This document shows, piece after piece, positions 12,290-25,940 of a stretch of 38,525 nt of DNA. Below the pieces are notes generated by a model. It did not search any database. It had not been told where the DNA came from and was given only the letters and a program-made list of their open reading frames with translations. Made by a program: the position numbers and the translations under genes. The first letter of the stretch is position 1. Each line of letters opens with the position of its first letter. The stretch comes from Welwitschia mirabilis (lineage: Eukaryota): NCBI GenBank assembly GCA_051453625.1, contig JBOZIK010000001.1:42395355-42433879 (forward strand), in the 5' to 3' direction.

Positions 12290-12852
12290 ATGAAACATTC
12301 TTCTATGATAGAATATGAAGACAAGATAGATGGTAAAGAAGATTCTTTATCATAATCCCTGTATGAGTGTATGAAACAAAGTCAAGAAGGAGTGCAATAA
12401 AGTAAAATACTAAATAAAATTATAGAAAAATTAGTAGAACTTATTACTTAAGTTTATATTCATCAACATTTTCAATACTACTCCATCACATCTTCTACTT
12501 TTTATCTTGAAAACAAAGAAGAGAACATTGGAATTACTATACAAAGCGATATCAACTCTTGCTTAGATAATGATGATGATATAATAGAGATTTTGGAGGA
12601 ATTTTCCAACCTTATAGAGGATAGGCCAACTGAGAATGAAGAAGTTTCAACTCAACAAATAAATAAAAATGAGGATGAGGATGAAAATGAAATAGAAATT
12701 TGAGAGTACTTCTTCAACCTCAACTCACTTTTGAAAATGATGAAGGAAACTTTAAAGATATTCTAACACATAAGGAAGATAATGAAATTAGCTTTTCTAA
12801 TAAATTTAATAATGAATCAAATTAGTTAGAGCATGATGAGGATGATATTCAA
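12290..12852 (+). pseudogene. Decayed acidic ORF of element A (5' part; continues ~25946-26200 after element B)
   Basis: MKHSSMIEYEDK...ENKEENIGITIQSD...NEDEDENE...EHDEDDIQ. The acidic reading resumes after B (SNNNDANEEENKEVF). ITIQS resembles the Athila gag-PR linker motif VTLRSG. Confidence 0.5.
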
Positions 12853-13921
12853 TGTTATGCTACCAACTTGCATATATTTGATAAGGTATTTTAAGTAGTT
12901 TATAGGATATTAAACAGGTTTATTCTAGAATTCCATAATAATGAAGAGTTGAGATGAAAGATACAAAAACACATAATTTCCATGATATTTCACAGAATTT
13001 GGAGTAATTCCCAATACTTTCTATCTCAAGATAAATTTATTACAAACATTAAGGCTGATGCATTGGATGAACACTTGTAAAATTCTATTATCCACCTCAT
13101 CATCCAAATGATAGTACGAATGACATAATAGATAAAGCCAATGAGGATATTTACTATGACCAATTTGGTAGATAACATGGATTATTTATAAGGTGGCATC
13201 ATTCCCTATATCATCCAGATGATCATCAGGATAATACCTATTATAATGTCCAACTCAACATTCACCTAACTCTTGCCATTTGTTTGTATGTATTTTAGTG
13301 TAGTCATTAGGATTGTACCCACACCTGTCTATCTATCTTGTTATTGTGTGTTGTTTGTTAATAAGTATCAATTCCATCCTTGACTCTATCTTGTCCTCAA
13401 TTGTACTAGAAATTTTTATGGTAGGAGATTGAAGGGCCAAAGATCCATTCTTAGTAGTTGTAGAGAGATGTCCTCATTGGTGTTGGGCTATGCTTCCTCC
13501 ATTGAGGCGTGGTTAATTTGTAACACAGATGTGGTTTGATTAATACAAAGGCTTCTTTTCCAATTCTTATGCTTGTTTGTTCTTATCTCTTATAGTTTAT
13601 GTTGATTATGTTGCTTCTGATTTAGTGACAGTTTCTTAAGTGCTATAGGCTATGAGGGAAACATTTGTTAAGGTTGAGCATTGTTTTTATTCCTAAATTA
13701 TATTTGCATAAATGTGTTACATCATACTTTCTATTGATAAGATACATAATGTTTCTTGCAAAAATCAATTCTTTTTCTCTAGCTTGGGCCTTCAACAGAT
13801 TATGACATTTGAGGTAACTCTCATCTATATTAGTGTATTGTGTTATGCAAGATATCTATTTTATTTGTGAAGGACATGATCTTCTTGAGCTTAATCATTA
13901 TCAAAAATACATATTGCAACA
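12853..13921 (+). repeat. 5' LTR of element B
   Basis: TGTTATGCTACC...GCAACA; aligns end to end with 24842-25940. Confidence 0.95.
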
Positions 13922-13924
13922 TCC

Positions 13925-13942
13925 TACCACCATTGTTGAAAA
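13925..13942 (+). promoter_or_regulatory. Strongly decayed PBS of element B (tRNA-Asp)
   Basis: TACCACCATTGTTGAAAA versus TGGCGCCGTTGCCGGGGA at the expected position; differences are almost all G>A or C>T. Confidence 0.6.
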
Positions 13943-16900
13943 AGGTTGATTAGAGTGTAAGAGTTGTCATTACTTAAGTAAGTATTTGAATATCAGTTCG
14001 AACATTTTCCTATAGCAGTGTTATACTTTTAGCTATAGTAGCATAGTTTTTCTTTTTGTAAGTTTAAATTTTTCTATTTTACAATAAAAGATTTGTCATC
14101 TACATCATCATCCAGACAATGTATAGCAATGAGAGCCTCTATGCCTTAAGTTCTTAGCTCTTAGTTTCTTTTAAAACTTTTTGGTTTTTTCTTATTATCC
14201 CTTCTATTTTTCAGATAACTTAGGGGAATGATAGTATGCTTTCTGAGTTTTTTATGTCTATCATTTTTGCATTTCTATTTTTTATTTGTTTTTGGTTTTT
14301 TATGTTTTTTGTATTTCTGTTATCTAGACTATCATCTAGACAATTACAAGGATGATACTCTATGCATTAAAAAACTAAGCATGTATGGTAAAATATGGTA
14401 AGAAATAAAGATACTAGAGAGAGTGACTATTTATAGAGGAAAATATCTAAGAAGATTTGATTAACCTCAAAACTAATTTAAGTATGCATAGCAAAGTTAT
14501 GCTAAGTTTAAAAATTTTAGAAATTTCTACTTTTATTTCTTTAGAGTTTGATTTTATGAGTAAAAATTTTTCAGAAGACTATGTTGATGATAGTTTTCAA
14601 TTTCTAAACACGTCTAGCTTATTACAAAATTAAAACAAACCACTTTGCCTAATCCACCACTTGTCATTGAAACCTATACAACTACACCTATTAAGCCTAA
14701 TGCCAATTTCATCCTTAAATATCGGATTGCTAATAAAAAATGTGAAATCTAAAACCCGCTTTGATTTACCTCTTGATAATAATGTCAAACTTAGAAATCT
14801 AAATGCTTGTTTCATTTTTAGTGGAGAACTTGATGAAGACCCTTTATAATACATTGTCAATATTGAACGATTAGTGCTTATTTTACAAAATGGTAAGACA
14901 ACAATAAGTAATAGGACTTACATGTCATTTTCCCCATTACTTTAAAAGGTAAGGCTAAATGTTAATTAAGAATGATTCTTTATAAAAGTTTAAAATCATG
15001 GAGTTAAGTTGAAGAAACCTTTATTAAAAGATTCATAAGTGAAACCATCATTAGAGAACATAAGAAAGAAATAACCAACTCCAAACAAATACCTAATAAA
15101 GATTATGCTTCTACCTATGAGAGATTTTTTTTTTTTTTACTTTATATTTGAACCCTGTAAATGCTTTTTCTCAAGAAGAATTAGTAGACTACTTTTATAG
15201 TGAACTCAATAGTTAAATAAAGTAACTAATTGATTCCTTATGTGAAGAAAATTTGTTAAACCTTATCTTAGAAAATGCTTAAAAAGTGTTTGAATAGTTG
15301 GTAGAAGTGACTCAAACTTAGCCTAAATCTTATATAGAGGAAACTAAATTATAGATCACACCATTAAAGATCTTAATAAGGTTAAACAAGAAAAAAAAGT
15401 AATAAGAACTGAAAATGAACCAACAAATATTATTAAGGATTTTATCTCAACTCTAGAAAAATATACTAAAATGATTTTAGATGCAAAGATGATAGCCAAA
15501 AAGAGTGTAGTTGTAGCTCCTACTTATAATTTATATAAAGATAGCTATCATATTACAAAACAATATCCTTTACTTCCAACTTACAAAGAAAGAATCTTTG
15601 AAGAAGTGTGTGCCTTCAATTAAAGGTCCTTAAACTTTGACCAAAACCAAAATCAAAGTTAAATACAAAACCACAATAAATTTTAACCTAGGATGAGTGG
15701 AAAATCTAACTTTAGAAATTTTTCAAACAAATCATCCTAGCTTCCAACCATTTAAAAAGAGATTTAAGAAGCTAAATTTTCAATCAAACAACTTAAATAA
15801 TCAAGTAAGCTCATTCAACTCACAAAATCAAGGTGATACTCTTAGGAATTATATTAATGAATTAAGAAAAATACAAGAAACAATAAATCCCAACATCAAA
15901 AATCTTGTGAGTATTTTATAACAAACCATGTTTGCGACCCAAATATCACAAGGATCACGTATCACTCAACCTTTACCAAATCCAAATAAAGTTAAGAAAG
16001 ATTGTAAGGTGGTGATAAGAAGTGAAAATAGATAATACTTCCCATTCATGAGTAAGAGGACATAGAAATTTTAGAAAATCATTCTTCCTCTTCTTCATTA
16101 AGCGTTAATAAGGAAACTTTTTCACATAGAAAACCTACCATCCCTTAGCTTGATAGATTGGACATATATTATTATTGATTATTATTTAAAATTCTTAATG
16201 CAAAATTTAAGTATTAATTTATTTTTTTGAAAACTTTTATAAGAGAATCCTAAGTACTCTAAGTTGTGAAAAGACTTGATTAGGAGAAAACAAAAATGAA
16301 CCATTCCTAGTAAAGTCATTCTAGCCTAATCCATTAACAACTTAGTTTTAAAAAAATGTTCAAAGTTTAAGGATCTAGAGGCAGAAACTATTAATATCAC
16401 TTTAGAAGGAAAATAGAAGGATTAATAAAGCCTTGATTGATATTGGAGCTAGTGTAAAAATTATTCCCTAATACATTTGTCAAATACTTGAGTTGAAACA
16501 TAGAATAGAGCCTGTAAGGATTATTTTATAATTAGATGATACTTTTAATAAGAAATCATTAGGTGTTATTAATAATTTAATCATTTAGATTGAAGAAAAA
16601 ATTGTGATAGAAGTTGAACATAACTATAGTTATCCTTTACTTCTAGGTAGATCTTTTTGTGTAATAATCCATTGTATCATAGATATGAGAACCGGTTTGA
16701 TAGAGTGTCATTTAGGAAATAAGTAGTTTTTAGGAAGAGTGTTTGATGTGATTGAAAAATATTTTGGAAGTGATTTGAGTGTATAAAAAGAAATAAAGTC
16801 AACTTCATTTTTACAAAACATCCACTTAAAGAGAGATGATCAATTCTTTATGAACTAATTTTGTTTGATGATTAACTAGAAGTAGATAATTTGTATGTTT

Positions 16901-17604
16901 TTGATGAAGATCAACTTGATTTTAACCATTTGAAAATTGATTATTTTGATTTACAAAGTGGATAAACTGAGTCTATCAACTATGTAGAAGTCCAAGATCT
17001 GAGCAGAACTGAGATTTCATATTTTTAAGGTAGTCATCCACTATTGACATCTAGACAATAGTTTGAGATGATAGTAAATTTTCTTAAAAATTTAACAAAA
17101 AATAAAAATATAAATTTAAATCTAAATATGAAATCTTTATCTAATGGACTAAAATATATTTTTTTGAATAATGATCTATACAAAACTTTGATAATTAACA
17201 AAAATCATTTCCCTCAACAAAAACCAAATATAATCTCTCTTTTGCAATCTAAGATAAATGAGTTTACTTAGTTGTATAATGATTTGATATCCATTTATAT
17301 CTCAGTTGTCCAACATAAAATCTACCTTGAGGATAATACAAAACCTATTATGCAACCCCAGCATAGACTTACTCTATCTCTTAAATAAGTTATTAAAGAT
17401 GAAATCATAAAATTAATGGATCCTAGAATCATTTATACTATAGCTGATAGTAAGTGGATTAGTCCTTAAACAATAGTGCCTAATAAAGATGGAAAATGAA
17501 TGATGTACATTGACCTTAGAAAACTAAATGAAGTAATCAAAAAAGATCACTGTCCTTTGCCTTTTCTTAATCAGATACTTGATAGGATTCAGGGACATGA
17601 ATTT

Positions 17605-18707
17605 TATTGTTTTCTTGATGAATATAGTAATTACAATTAGGTTTGTATTATTAGTGAGGACTAAGCCAAAACTACTTTCAGTTCATCTTTTAGTAATTTT
17701 GCTTTTTAACACATGCCTTTTGAACTTTATAATGCTTCTAGTACTTTTTAGCATGCGATGATGGGCATTTTCTCTGATATGCTAGAGGATTCGATTGAAA
17801 TTTTTTTATGGATGACTTTTCTATTTATGCTAAAACCTTTAAATAAATGTTATAATTATTAGAGAAAGTCCTTAACTTTTACATTTCTAATGGCCAACCT
17901 TTGGATAGGAAAAGAGTTTATTTTTAGTTTAAAGTGAAATTATTTTAGGTCATCATATTTTGAAAGAGGAGATTAGAATGGACTTTAAAAAAGTTGGTAT
18001 TATTCAAAACCTAAATCACCTTATAAATGTAAAATCGGTTAGATCTTTTCTTAGTCATTATGGTTTTAATTGTTGATTTATTCATTATTATGTAAATATT
18101 TATAAACCACTTTACTTATTACTATTGAAAGAAGCTAAATTTAAATGGAATGAATCCTATTTTTTCTTGATGAATATAGTAATTACAATCAGGTTTGTAT
18201 CACTAGTGAGGACTAAGCCAAAACTACCTTTACTTTATCTTTTAGTAATTTTTCTTTTTAACACATGCCTTTTGGACTTTGTAATACTTCTACTACTTTT
18301 TAACATGCTATAATGGGTATTTTCTCTGATATGCTAGAGGATTTGATTGAAATTTTTAGGGATGAATTTTCTATTTATGCTAAAACCTTTGAACAAATTT
18401 TAGAATGATTAGAGAAAGTCCTTAACTTTTACATTTTTAGTGGCCTACATTTGAATAGGAAAAAGAGTTTATTTTTAGTTGAAAGTGGAATTATTTTAAG
18501 TTATTATATTTTGAAAGAGGATATTAGAATGAACTCTAAAAAGTTGTTATTATTCAAAACTTGAATCACCTTATAAATGTAAAATAGGTTAGAACTTTTC
18601 TTAGTTATTATGGTTTTTATTATTGATTTATTCATTATTATGCAAATACTTATAAATCCCTTTTCTTGTTACTAGCAAAAGAAGCTAAATTTAAATGGAA
18701 TGAATCT
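17605..18707 (+). repeat. Tandem duplication (~550 bp x2) of the RT core
   Basis: 17605-18157 and 18158-18707 are collinear. ORFs 17579 and 18125 are near-identical off-frame translations. Confidence 0.95.
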
Positions 18708-19167
18708 TATTAGCTTACTTTTGATAGACTTAAACATTTTTATGCTTCTATTGTAACAAGATGTGATTGGAAAAAACGACTTTGAATTGATGTGTGATGC
18801 GAGTAATTTTGCCATGGGTGGGGTACTTTATCAAAAATATGGAAATGATTGTAAAGTTATATCTTACTATAGCAAATCTCTATTTAGAACTCAAATGAAT
18901 TATACTACTACAGAGAGAGAAATGTTAGCCATCATCTTTTACCTTGATACACTTAGACATTATCTTTTAGGCTTTTATATAAATGTTTATATTGATCATG
19001 CTATTATTTTTTACCTTATGACTAAGAAAGATTCTAGTGCTAGATTGATTAGATGGATTATCCTTATATAAGATTTTAATTTGACCATCATTGATAAAGT
19101 AGGGAAGCATAATTGTATTGCTAATCATTTGTCTCATCTTTCTTCTCCTCTTAATGAGTTTGTTATT

Positions 19168-19233
19168 GATGATTATTTTCCAAATAAGAAACTTTTTATT
19201 AATGATGATTATTTTCCAGATAAGAAACTTTTT
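19168..19233 (+). repeat. 36 bp in-frame tandem duplication
   Basis: GATGATTATTTTCCA(A/G)ATAAGAAACTTTTT at 19168 and 19204 (DDYFPNKKLFIN DDYFPDKKLFA). Confidence 0.9.
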
Positions 19234-20844
19234 GCTATATCTTTTAATCATCCTCCTTCTTGGTATATGGATATTGTTAATTACTTTATAACCATGAAAA
19301 CACCACAACATTGGACTTATAATCAATGTAAATATTCTCTCCACAAAATAGATGACTATGAGGGGATAAAGCCACATTTGTATNNNNNNNNNNATGTGAA
19401 AATATATGCTTGATTGAAAAAATCTAAAATTCTTTATCTTTGTTATAATGGTTTTTGTAGACAACATTTTAGTGGATAAAAAATAGCTATGAAAATTCTT
19501 CATTCTAGTTTTTATTGGCCTGCCATTTTTCCAAATTCTTTTGATTTTGCTATAAGGTGTGATCCTTCTTAGTATTATGGTAGTCTTATTCATTCTCAAG
19601 AGATGTTCCTTAGACCTTTTCTTAAGTCTAAACCTTTTGATTATTTGGGTATTTATTTCACAAGCCTTATTTACCCACATTTTCAGGATAAATATTACAT
19701 TTTAGTAGTTATAGGTTATGTTACTAAATGGATGGAAGACATTCCTACTGCTTTTAATGATGACAAAAATATTTGTCATTTTCTTAAAAATCATATTTTT
19801 TTAGATATTTAGTTTTCCTAGAATTATCATCAGTGATCAGAGAACTCATTTTATTAATCAAATTTTCAAAAAACCTCTTTTATTCATTGGAGTAGAACAT
19901 AGAGTAGCTTATGCTTATCATCCTAAGACTAATGGATAGGTTGAAAATGCTAATAAATAAATTAAAAAAAGTTACAAAAAATTGTCTCTGTTAATAAGAA
20001 ACATTAGGCTTCTAAGATTAACGATGTTCTTTGAGCTTATCCTACTACTTAGTGTCTTCTCTTGGTTTTTGACCTTATGAACTTATATATAAAAAAGCTT
20101 GTATTTTACCTGTTGATGTGCGCTATAAATCTTATTATGCTTATTATTAACTTAATGTTGTAGACTTCATGGAAACCTTAAATATACATTATTGATTAAT
20201 CCATAAAGTCCAATCTAAGTTCAAACAGGATAAAAAANNNNNNNNNNNNNNNNNNNNNNNNNNNNNNNNNNNNNNNNNTTATAATACTAGAGTACATTTT
20301 TTAAATGATAAGTTGAATTCAAAATTATTAGGTTCTTATCTTGTGAGAGAGTACATTCTAATGGCTTTATTAAGATTTCCTATTTAGAGACTAAGAGATT
20401 TAGAAATTTAATGAACAAATTTTGAAATTATACAAAGGAATTTTTGATGTAATCATGAACATGGTAGAAGTACTTGTTTTGAAGATTCCTCTTAATGGGA
20501 ATGACTTTCTTCCTATCATTATTTGAGTTCTTTATTAGCTTATTCCTTTGGTGGATGTTATGATGTCACTTGATCATTTTTAAACTTGACTTATGTGTAT
20601 TTTTTAAAAAGTTTNNNNNNNNNNNNNNNNNNNNNNNNNNNNNNNNNNNNNNNNNNNNNNNNNNNNNNNNNNNNNNNNNNNNNNNNNNNNNNNNNNNNNN
20701 NNNNNNNNNNNNNNNNNNNNNNNNNNNNNNNNNNNNNNNNNNNNNNNNNNNNNNNNNNNNNNNNNNNNNNNNNNNNNNNNNNNNNNNNNNNNNNNNNNNN
20801 NNNNNNNNNNNNNNNNNNNNNNNNNNNTGTGGTAATTTTTTCCC

Positions 20845-21326
20845 AAAAAAAAAAAAAAAAAAAAAAAAAGAGAGAGAATGAAAAAGAAAAACAAAAAGAA
20901 AAAAAGAAGAAGAAAAGAAAAATAAATAATGACCATGTTCTATTATATTTGATGCTTAAAGAAATGTCCATGATCAAGATGATGTTCTATCACACTAGGG
21001 TAAGTTTTTTTGAGAGGAACCTTTGGTAGTGTTAGTAGTTTTAGAAGCTCAAATAGAGGGTTAGTTGGCCATGATTCATAAGTTCTTACTTCTTTGACTA
21101 CGGTTGCATCAAAAAAAAAAAGAAAAAAAAAGAAAATAAAAAGAAATAATGACCATATTCTATTATATTTTTTGCTTAAAGAAACCTCCATGATCAAGAT
21201 GATGTTCTATCACACTAGGGTAAATTTTTCTAAGAGGAACCTTTGGTAGTATTAGTAGTTGTCAGAACTCCTATGGAGGGTTAGTTGGCCATGATTTATA
21301 AGTTCTTACTTCTTTGACTATGTTTG
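20845..21326 (+). repeat. Tandem duplication (period ~220 bp), each unit headed by an A-rich tract
   Basis: 20924-21106 aligns with 21144-21326. A-rich runs at 20845-20923 and 21111-21143. Confidence 0.9.
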
Positions 21327-22949
21327 AACTCACCTCATCATGGAAGACTTTGTAATAAACTTTGAGACTATGGGATCAGTGGCATTCTTGGTTTCATCAA
21401 AGATATTACTTATTTTCTAGACTCTTAGTATTCTTACATGGCTATTTTAATTTTGAGGATTCAAGTGTGTTTATAAGATGTGAATGGGTGAGTTCATTTC
21501 TAAGTAGCTTTTGATCTTGTCATTCATTGTTCTGAGCACTTGAGTTTTGGTATCACCATAAATCATTGACTTTTTGAATAGAACTTTATGGAGTTTATAC
21601 ATTTTATCATGCATTTTTACTCAAGTGGCTTTATGATGTCTTTCTTGGGAGTTTGCTATTGGAATTTAGAATAGGTAAGCAATCTTATACTTGTTCCTCG
21701 TGTGCATTTTCGTTTTTCTTTTCTTTGGTATTTCAGTTTGTTATTTTAAATTCATTCTCATAGTTTCCTATTATTACCTAGGACCTTATCATTTAATACT
21801 TTTCTTACTATTCATTCATGTTCATTCATTTTTACTTAGCATTTGAATTAATTAGAACATCTTTTTATCTTTTTATCTCAACATTCTTATGAGACTCCTT
21901 ATCCTTTTGAACGTTTTGTGATTTCTCTTATTTTACTTTTTAGTTTAAGCACATTTACTTAGTTTTTATTATTAAGTTTTAGCTAGTTAGTTTGTTCTCT
22001 TCAACCATAGTTTTCTTTTGTTATAAGTTTTTACATTTTATTTCATTTTTTCTTTCTTGTTTTTCTATTTTCCCTAAGTATTCTAATAAAACATGATACT
22101 TTTTATTTAAGCCTAATTTTTTTAGTTGACATTTTTATTTTTTAAAAAATTTTTCATGTCCTATCATCTACCTAGTCATGTGAATGACACTAGACAGATG
22201 ACTATCTGATTTTTCTCTAAGAGTCATTCTGTGGTCCAAACCCTTTTTATTCATTGTTCTTTACTTTCTAATCATTTCTGTCCATTTTTTATGAGTCAGT
22301 GATCCCTTTGGACCATACTAGTATCTTGGATATTGTTCCAATCAATTTCATGTATAGATTTTAGAGATTTGATCAAATTTGTCAAAATGAGATATGTTTT
22401 TCTCTCCCTCTTAGTTTTCATTTTTTCTTTCTCTTGTTTCTTAGCCTTCCAACACATAGTCTTCATGTATGTTTATTCATTTATTGCACTTTTTGATTTT
22501 AAACTTACAGATTTGCATTTCACTGCGTATTTTGTAAGTTATGATTAATTGTGTATTTTATGAGGAAATTTGAAATTTTCATCTTTCACACTCATTTTCT
22601 TGCAGATCTTAGATTAAAACATAGTGGTACTTTAGACAAAATTGATTACTTTGACATGTTCTATGATTTTACTGATTAGATTTTTCATTTGAGTACTTTG
22701 AATTTTTACCATATATGGGGCCCACTTTAAAAACAGCTTTTGCACTTTTCAAGCATTATGCATTTTTCTTCTCATTTATAAGCAATCCAAGATGTATTGA
22801 AATTTTTAAATGGGTAGGACATATTTTCATTAGTTTTTTAATTTTTATCAATCTTGGGGATCGTTATTACACATTCATGTGACATATTTGACATATTTAC
22901 CATTTCTACATGATATTTTTTTGTGTATTTTCTATTGAGTAGACCTAAT

Positions 22950-24330
22950 ATGCATAGATCTAAGTGCACTAAGGTTGAGGTCAAAGTCATAAAGTAGGAA
23001 GCTAGCACTTTAATGCTACTAGAGGTCTAGCGTGTGGAGTTAGTACATCTACCACCTTGACACAGACGATCTTTGATGACTTAGATAACTAGTATCTATA
23101 TTGAGAGATACTTTGGAGATTTCATGAGCTAGATAAAGCCTAAAGTAGATTAGAGAATCATAAATCCCTAGCTTAGATGGATTACAGATGTACGTGATTC
23201 ATACTATGTCATAGAGATAAGTGAGTTTTACAACACCATGCATATAGAGTGTTGGCTAGATTCTTGTAGTCAGCTGGTTGATATGATTATTGCTTACATT
23301 CAAAACCACAAGATTAAAATCCTCCCATTCCACATTGTAGTAGTTAAAGATATGAGTGAGCTTGAAAGTATTCATAGTCATTTAGTCTAAGGGACTGAGG
23401 AACGTTATGCATATGGCACTGCACTAGATATACCAATAGATTTGATAATAGATAAGCAGGGAGTTCTTGTCACATAGCAGANNNNNNNNNNNNNNNNNNN
23501 NNNNNNNNNNNNNNNNNNNNNNNNNNNNNNNNNNNNNNNNNNNNNNNNNNNNNNNNNNNNNNNNNNNNNNNNNNNNNNNNNCCTTACATATAGATTTTTT
23601 ATAGAGCACTAATTCATAACATCAGCTTATTATTTTATGATAGTTATATCATAATCACACATCTTCAGATTCTAGTAGCTTTTAGATGAGGAGAGAAGAT
23701 GGACCTAGTGACATTTATTTGGAGGAGACTTAGGTCCATTGTTAAGGTATGATAAGTACAAACTCTAGGTTACCCATGCCTCCTCTTAACTCTTTTCATA
23801 GGATTTTCGATATCATAGCCCATGGGTAAGTAGCATTTATTTCATATCTATGCTTTACCTAACTATTTATAGGACATGGACATATAGGCACCAGAAGAGG
23901 TAGAATGACCTCAAGTATAGAGACTTATGGTTGGAACTATAGTTAAGCAGATACAGGCCCTCCTAGTAGAGACCATTGAGACCATCAGAGGATTTTAAAT
24001 CATGATATCCTGACCTTAGACTAGGGGATCTAGGCTCTCAATCAGAGGATGTAGATATTAGAGCAGAGGATCCTGACTATTGAGAGGAGAGTTTAGAACT
24101 CTAAGGACCAGATTGTTAATGTGCACCGATGCATTATCTCTATTCAATAGAGTATGAAAATAAATATTTTAGAGGTTGTACATGTCTAGGATGATGAAAT
24201 TATTCATTCCATTTATACATCTTTAGATCTCCATTTCTTTCCTGATCCTAAGCATCCTCCCTCATCGAACCCCTATACTTGGGCCAACTGCCCAGATAGA
24301 ATTCATCATGCAATGGTAAGGGGAGTGATT
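22950..24330 (+). pseudogene. Remnant of the Athila extra 3' ORF (env-like/ORF2)
   Basis: Lies between INT and the 3' LTR. IEISEFYNTM (23211) resembles the VREFYAN motif. ALNQRM*ILEQRILTIERRV (~24034) looks like a coiled coil. Confidence 0.6.
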
Positions 24331-24828
24331 TTGTGATATTTTTTATCTCCTCCTCTATGTATTTTTGTATTAAAAATCATTATTTTTATAGACATCATTT
24401 TTGAGTTCGCCATGGTATATCTTATTATCTATTTTTCATGATTATCTTCATTTGTCACATGTTATGATGAGGATTGATTTTATTTGCATGATCTTTTATT
24501 CATTACAGTATAATTTAGTGAGGTAATTTTAATTATAAACTAATTATTTAACTAAAATGTTTTTGTCATGGGATTTTATTTTTTGAGACCCTTTTTTCGA
24601 GCCTCTCATCCCCTAATTGTCTAGATGATGATTCAAATAATGGTATGACTAGTCTTTAAATTAGATAAAATGTTCAGTTTTTTAATTTCTTATGATTCTA
24701 TTTATAGCTCTAAAATTCTTGAAATTTTTTTGAGATAATTTCTTTTATACCTTAGCTATTTTTATTATTAAATAAGTTGGCTCACAATCATGATTTACCA
24801 CCTAGTTTAGCCAGGTACTGATAATACT

Positions 24829-24841
24829 AAGTGGAGGGCTA
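24829..24841 (+). promoter_or_regulatory. Polypurine tract of element B
   Basis: AAGTGGAGGGCTA immediately before the 3' LTR. Confidence 0.7.
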
Positions 24842-25940
24842 TATTGCACTACTAACTTAGATATATTTAATAGGGCATTTTGAGTAGTTTTATAGGATAT
24901 TAGACATGTTTATGCTAGAATTTCATGATAATGGAGAGATGAGATGAAACATATAAAAACACACAATCTCCATAACATTTTACAACATTTGGAATAGTTT
25001 CCAATACTTCCTATCTTAAGATAAATTCCTTGTAGATATTGAGGCTAATGCATTAGATGAACACTTGTAAAAGCCTATCGTCCACCTCGTCATCCCAATG
25101 ATAGTATAAATGATACAATAGATGAAACCAACAAGGATTCTTACTGTGATGAATTTGGCAAATGATATGGATTATTTATGAGGTGGTATCATCTCTATAT
25201 CATCCAGATGATCTTCAAATGACATTTGTTATAACATCCCACTGAACATTAACCTAATCCCTATTATTTATTTGTATGTCTTTTAGCATAGCTATTAGTG
25301 TTGTGCACATTCCTATCTATCTATCTTGTTGTTATATGTTTGTTATTAATAAGTATTAAAATTTTGACTTGACTTTATCTTGTCTTTGTTTGTATCAGAA
25401 ATTCTCATGATTGGAGATTAAAGCACTAGATATTCATTCTTGGTAGTTATAGAGAGATGTCTTCCTTGGTGTTGGGCTATGATTCCTCCATTGAGGTGTG
25501 GTTGCTTTGTAACATAGATGTGGTTCAATGAAAACAAAGAATTCTTTTCCAATTCCTATAATTATTTGCTCTTATCCCTCATAGTTTATTTTGCTTCTAA
25601 TTTAGTGACAGTTTCTTTAGTAATATAGGTTAGAAGAAAAACATTTATCCAGGTTGAGAATTATTAGATTAGGTGCATTATTCCTTTTTATTCCTAGATT
25701 AAGTTTTCATAAGTATATTGCATTGTACTTTACTGTATTACAATTTATTTTGTTCATAAGATACATAGTGTTTCTTGTAGAAATTAATCCTCTTTCTCTA
25801 GCCTAGGCCTTTAATGAATTACGACATTTGGGTCAACTTCTATTTATATTAGTATGGTGTGTTGTGTAAGATATCTATTTTATTTGTGAATTATAGGATC
25901 TTCTTGAGCTTAATTGTTTACATAAATATGCACCACAACA
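24842..25940 (+). repeat. 3' LTR of element B
   Basis: TATTGCACTACT...CAACA followed by the TSD TTCAA. Confidence 0.95.

Larger units (their letters stand above)
14661..20430 (+). pseudogene. Athila-type gag-pol pseudogene
   Basis: Gag FSGELDEDPL and IFPITLKGKAK. Protease ALIDIGAS (16430). RT IYTIADSKWISP...IDLRKLNEVIKKDHCPLPF...EIFMDDF. RNase H FELMCDASNFAMGGVL...NYTTTEREMLAI...RLIRWI. Integrase YYILVVIGYVTKWME...IISDQRTHF...AYHPKTNG*VE. Confidence 0.95.
12853..25940 (+). mobile_element. Full-length Athila-type Ty3/Gypsy retrotransposon B (13.1 kb)
   Basis: Paired ~1.07-1.1 kb LTRs, perfect 5 bp TSD TTCAA (12848-12852 and 25941-25945), PBS, gag-PR-RT-RH-INT order, an extra 3' ORF and a PPT. 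Confidence 0.95.

Noticed and set aside
20845-21326. Possible SINE or retroposed copies with poly-A tails
   Set aside because: No Pol III A/B boxes or TSDs seen; the units are in direct tandem within the Athila spacer.
22333-22548. Hydrophobic ORFs resembling small membrane proteins (also 29901-30083, 33567-33782)
   Set aside because: Low-complexity translation of T-rich UTR or LTR sequence inside transposons.
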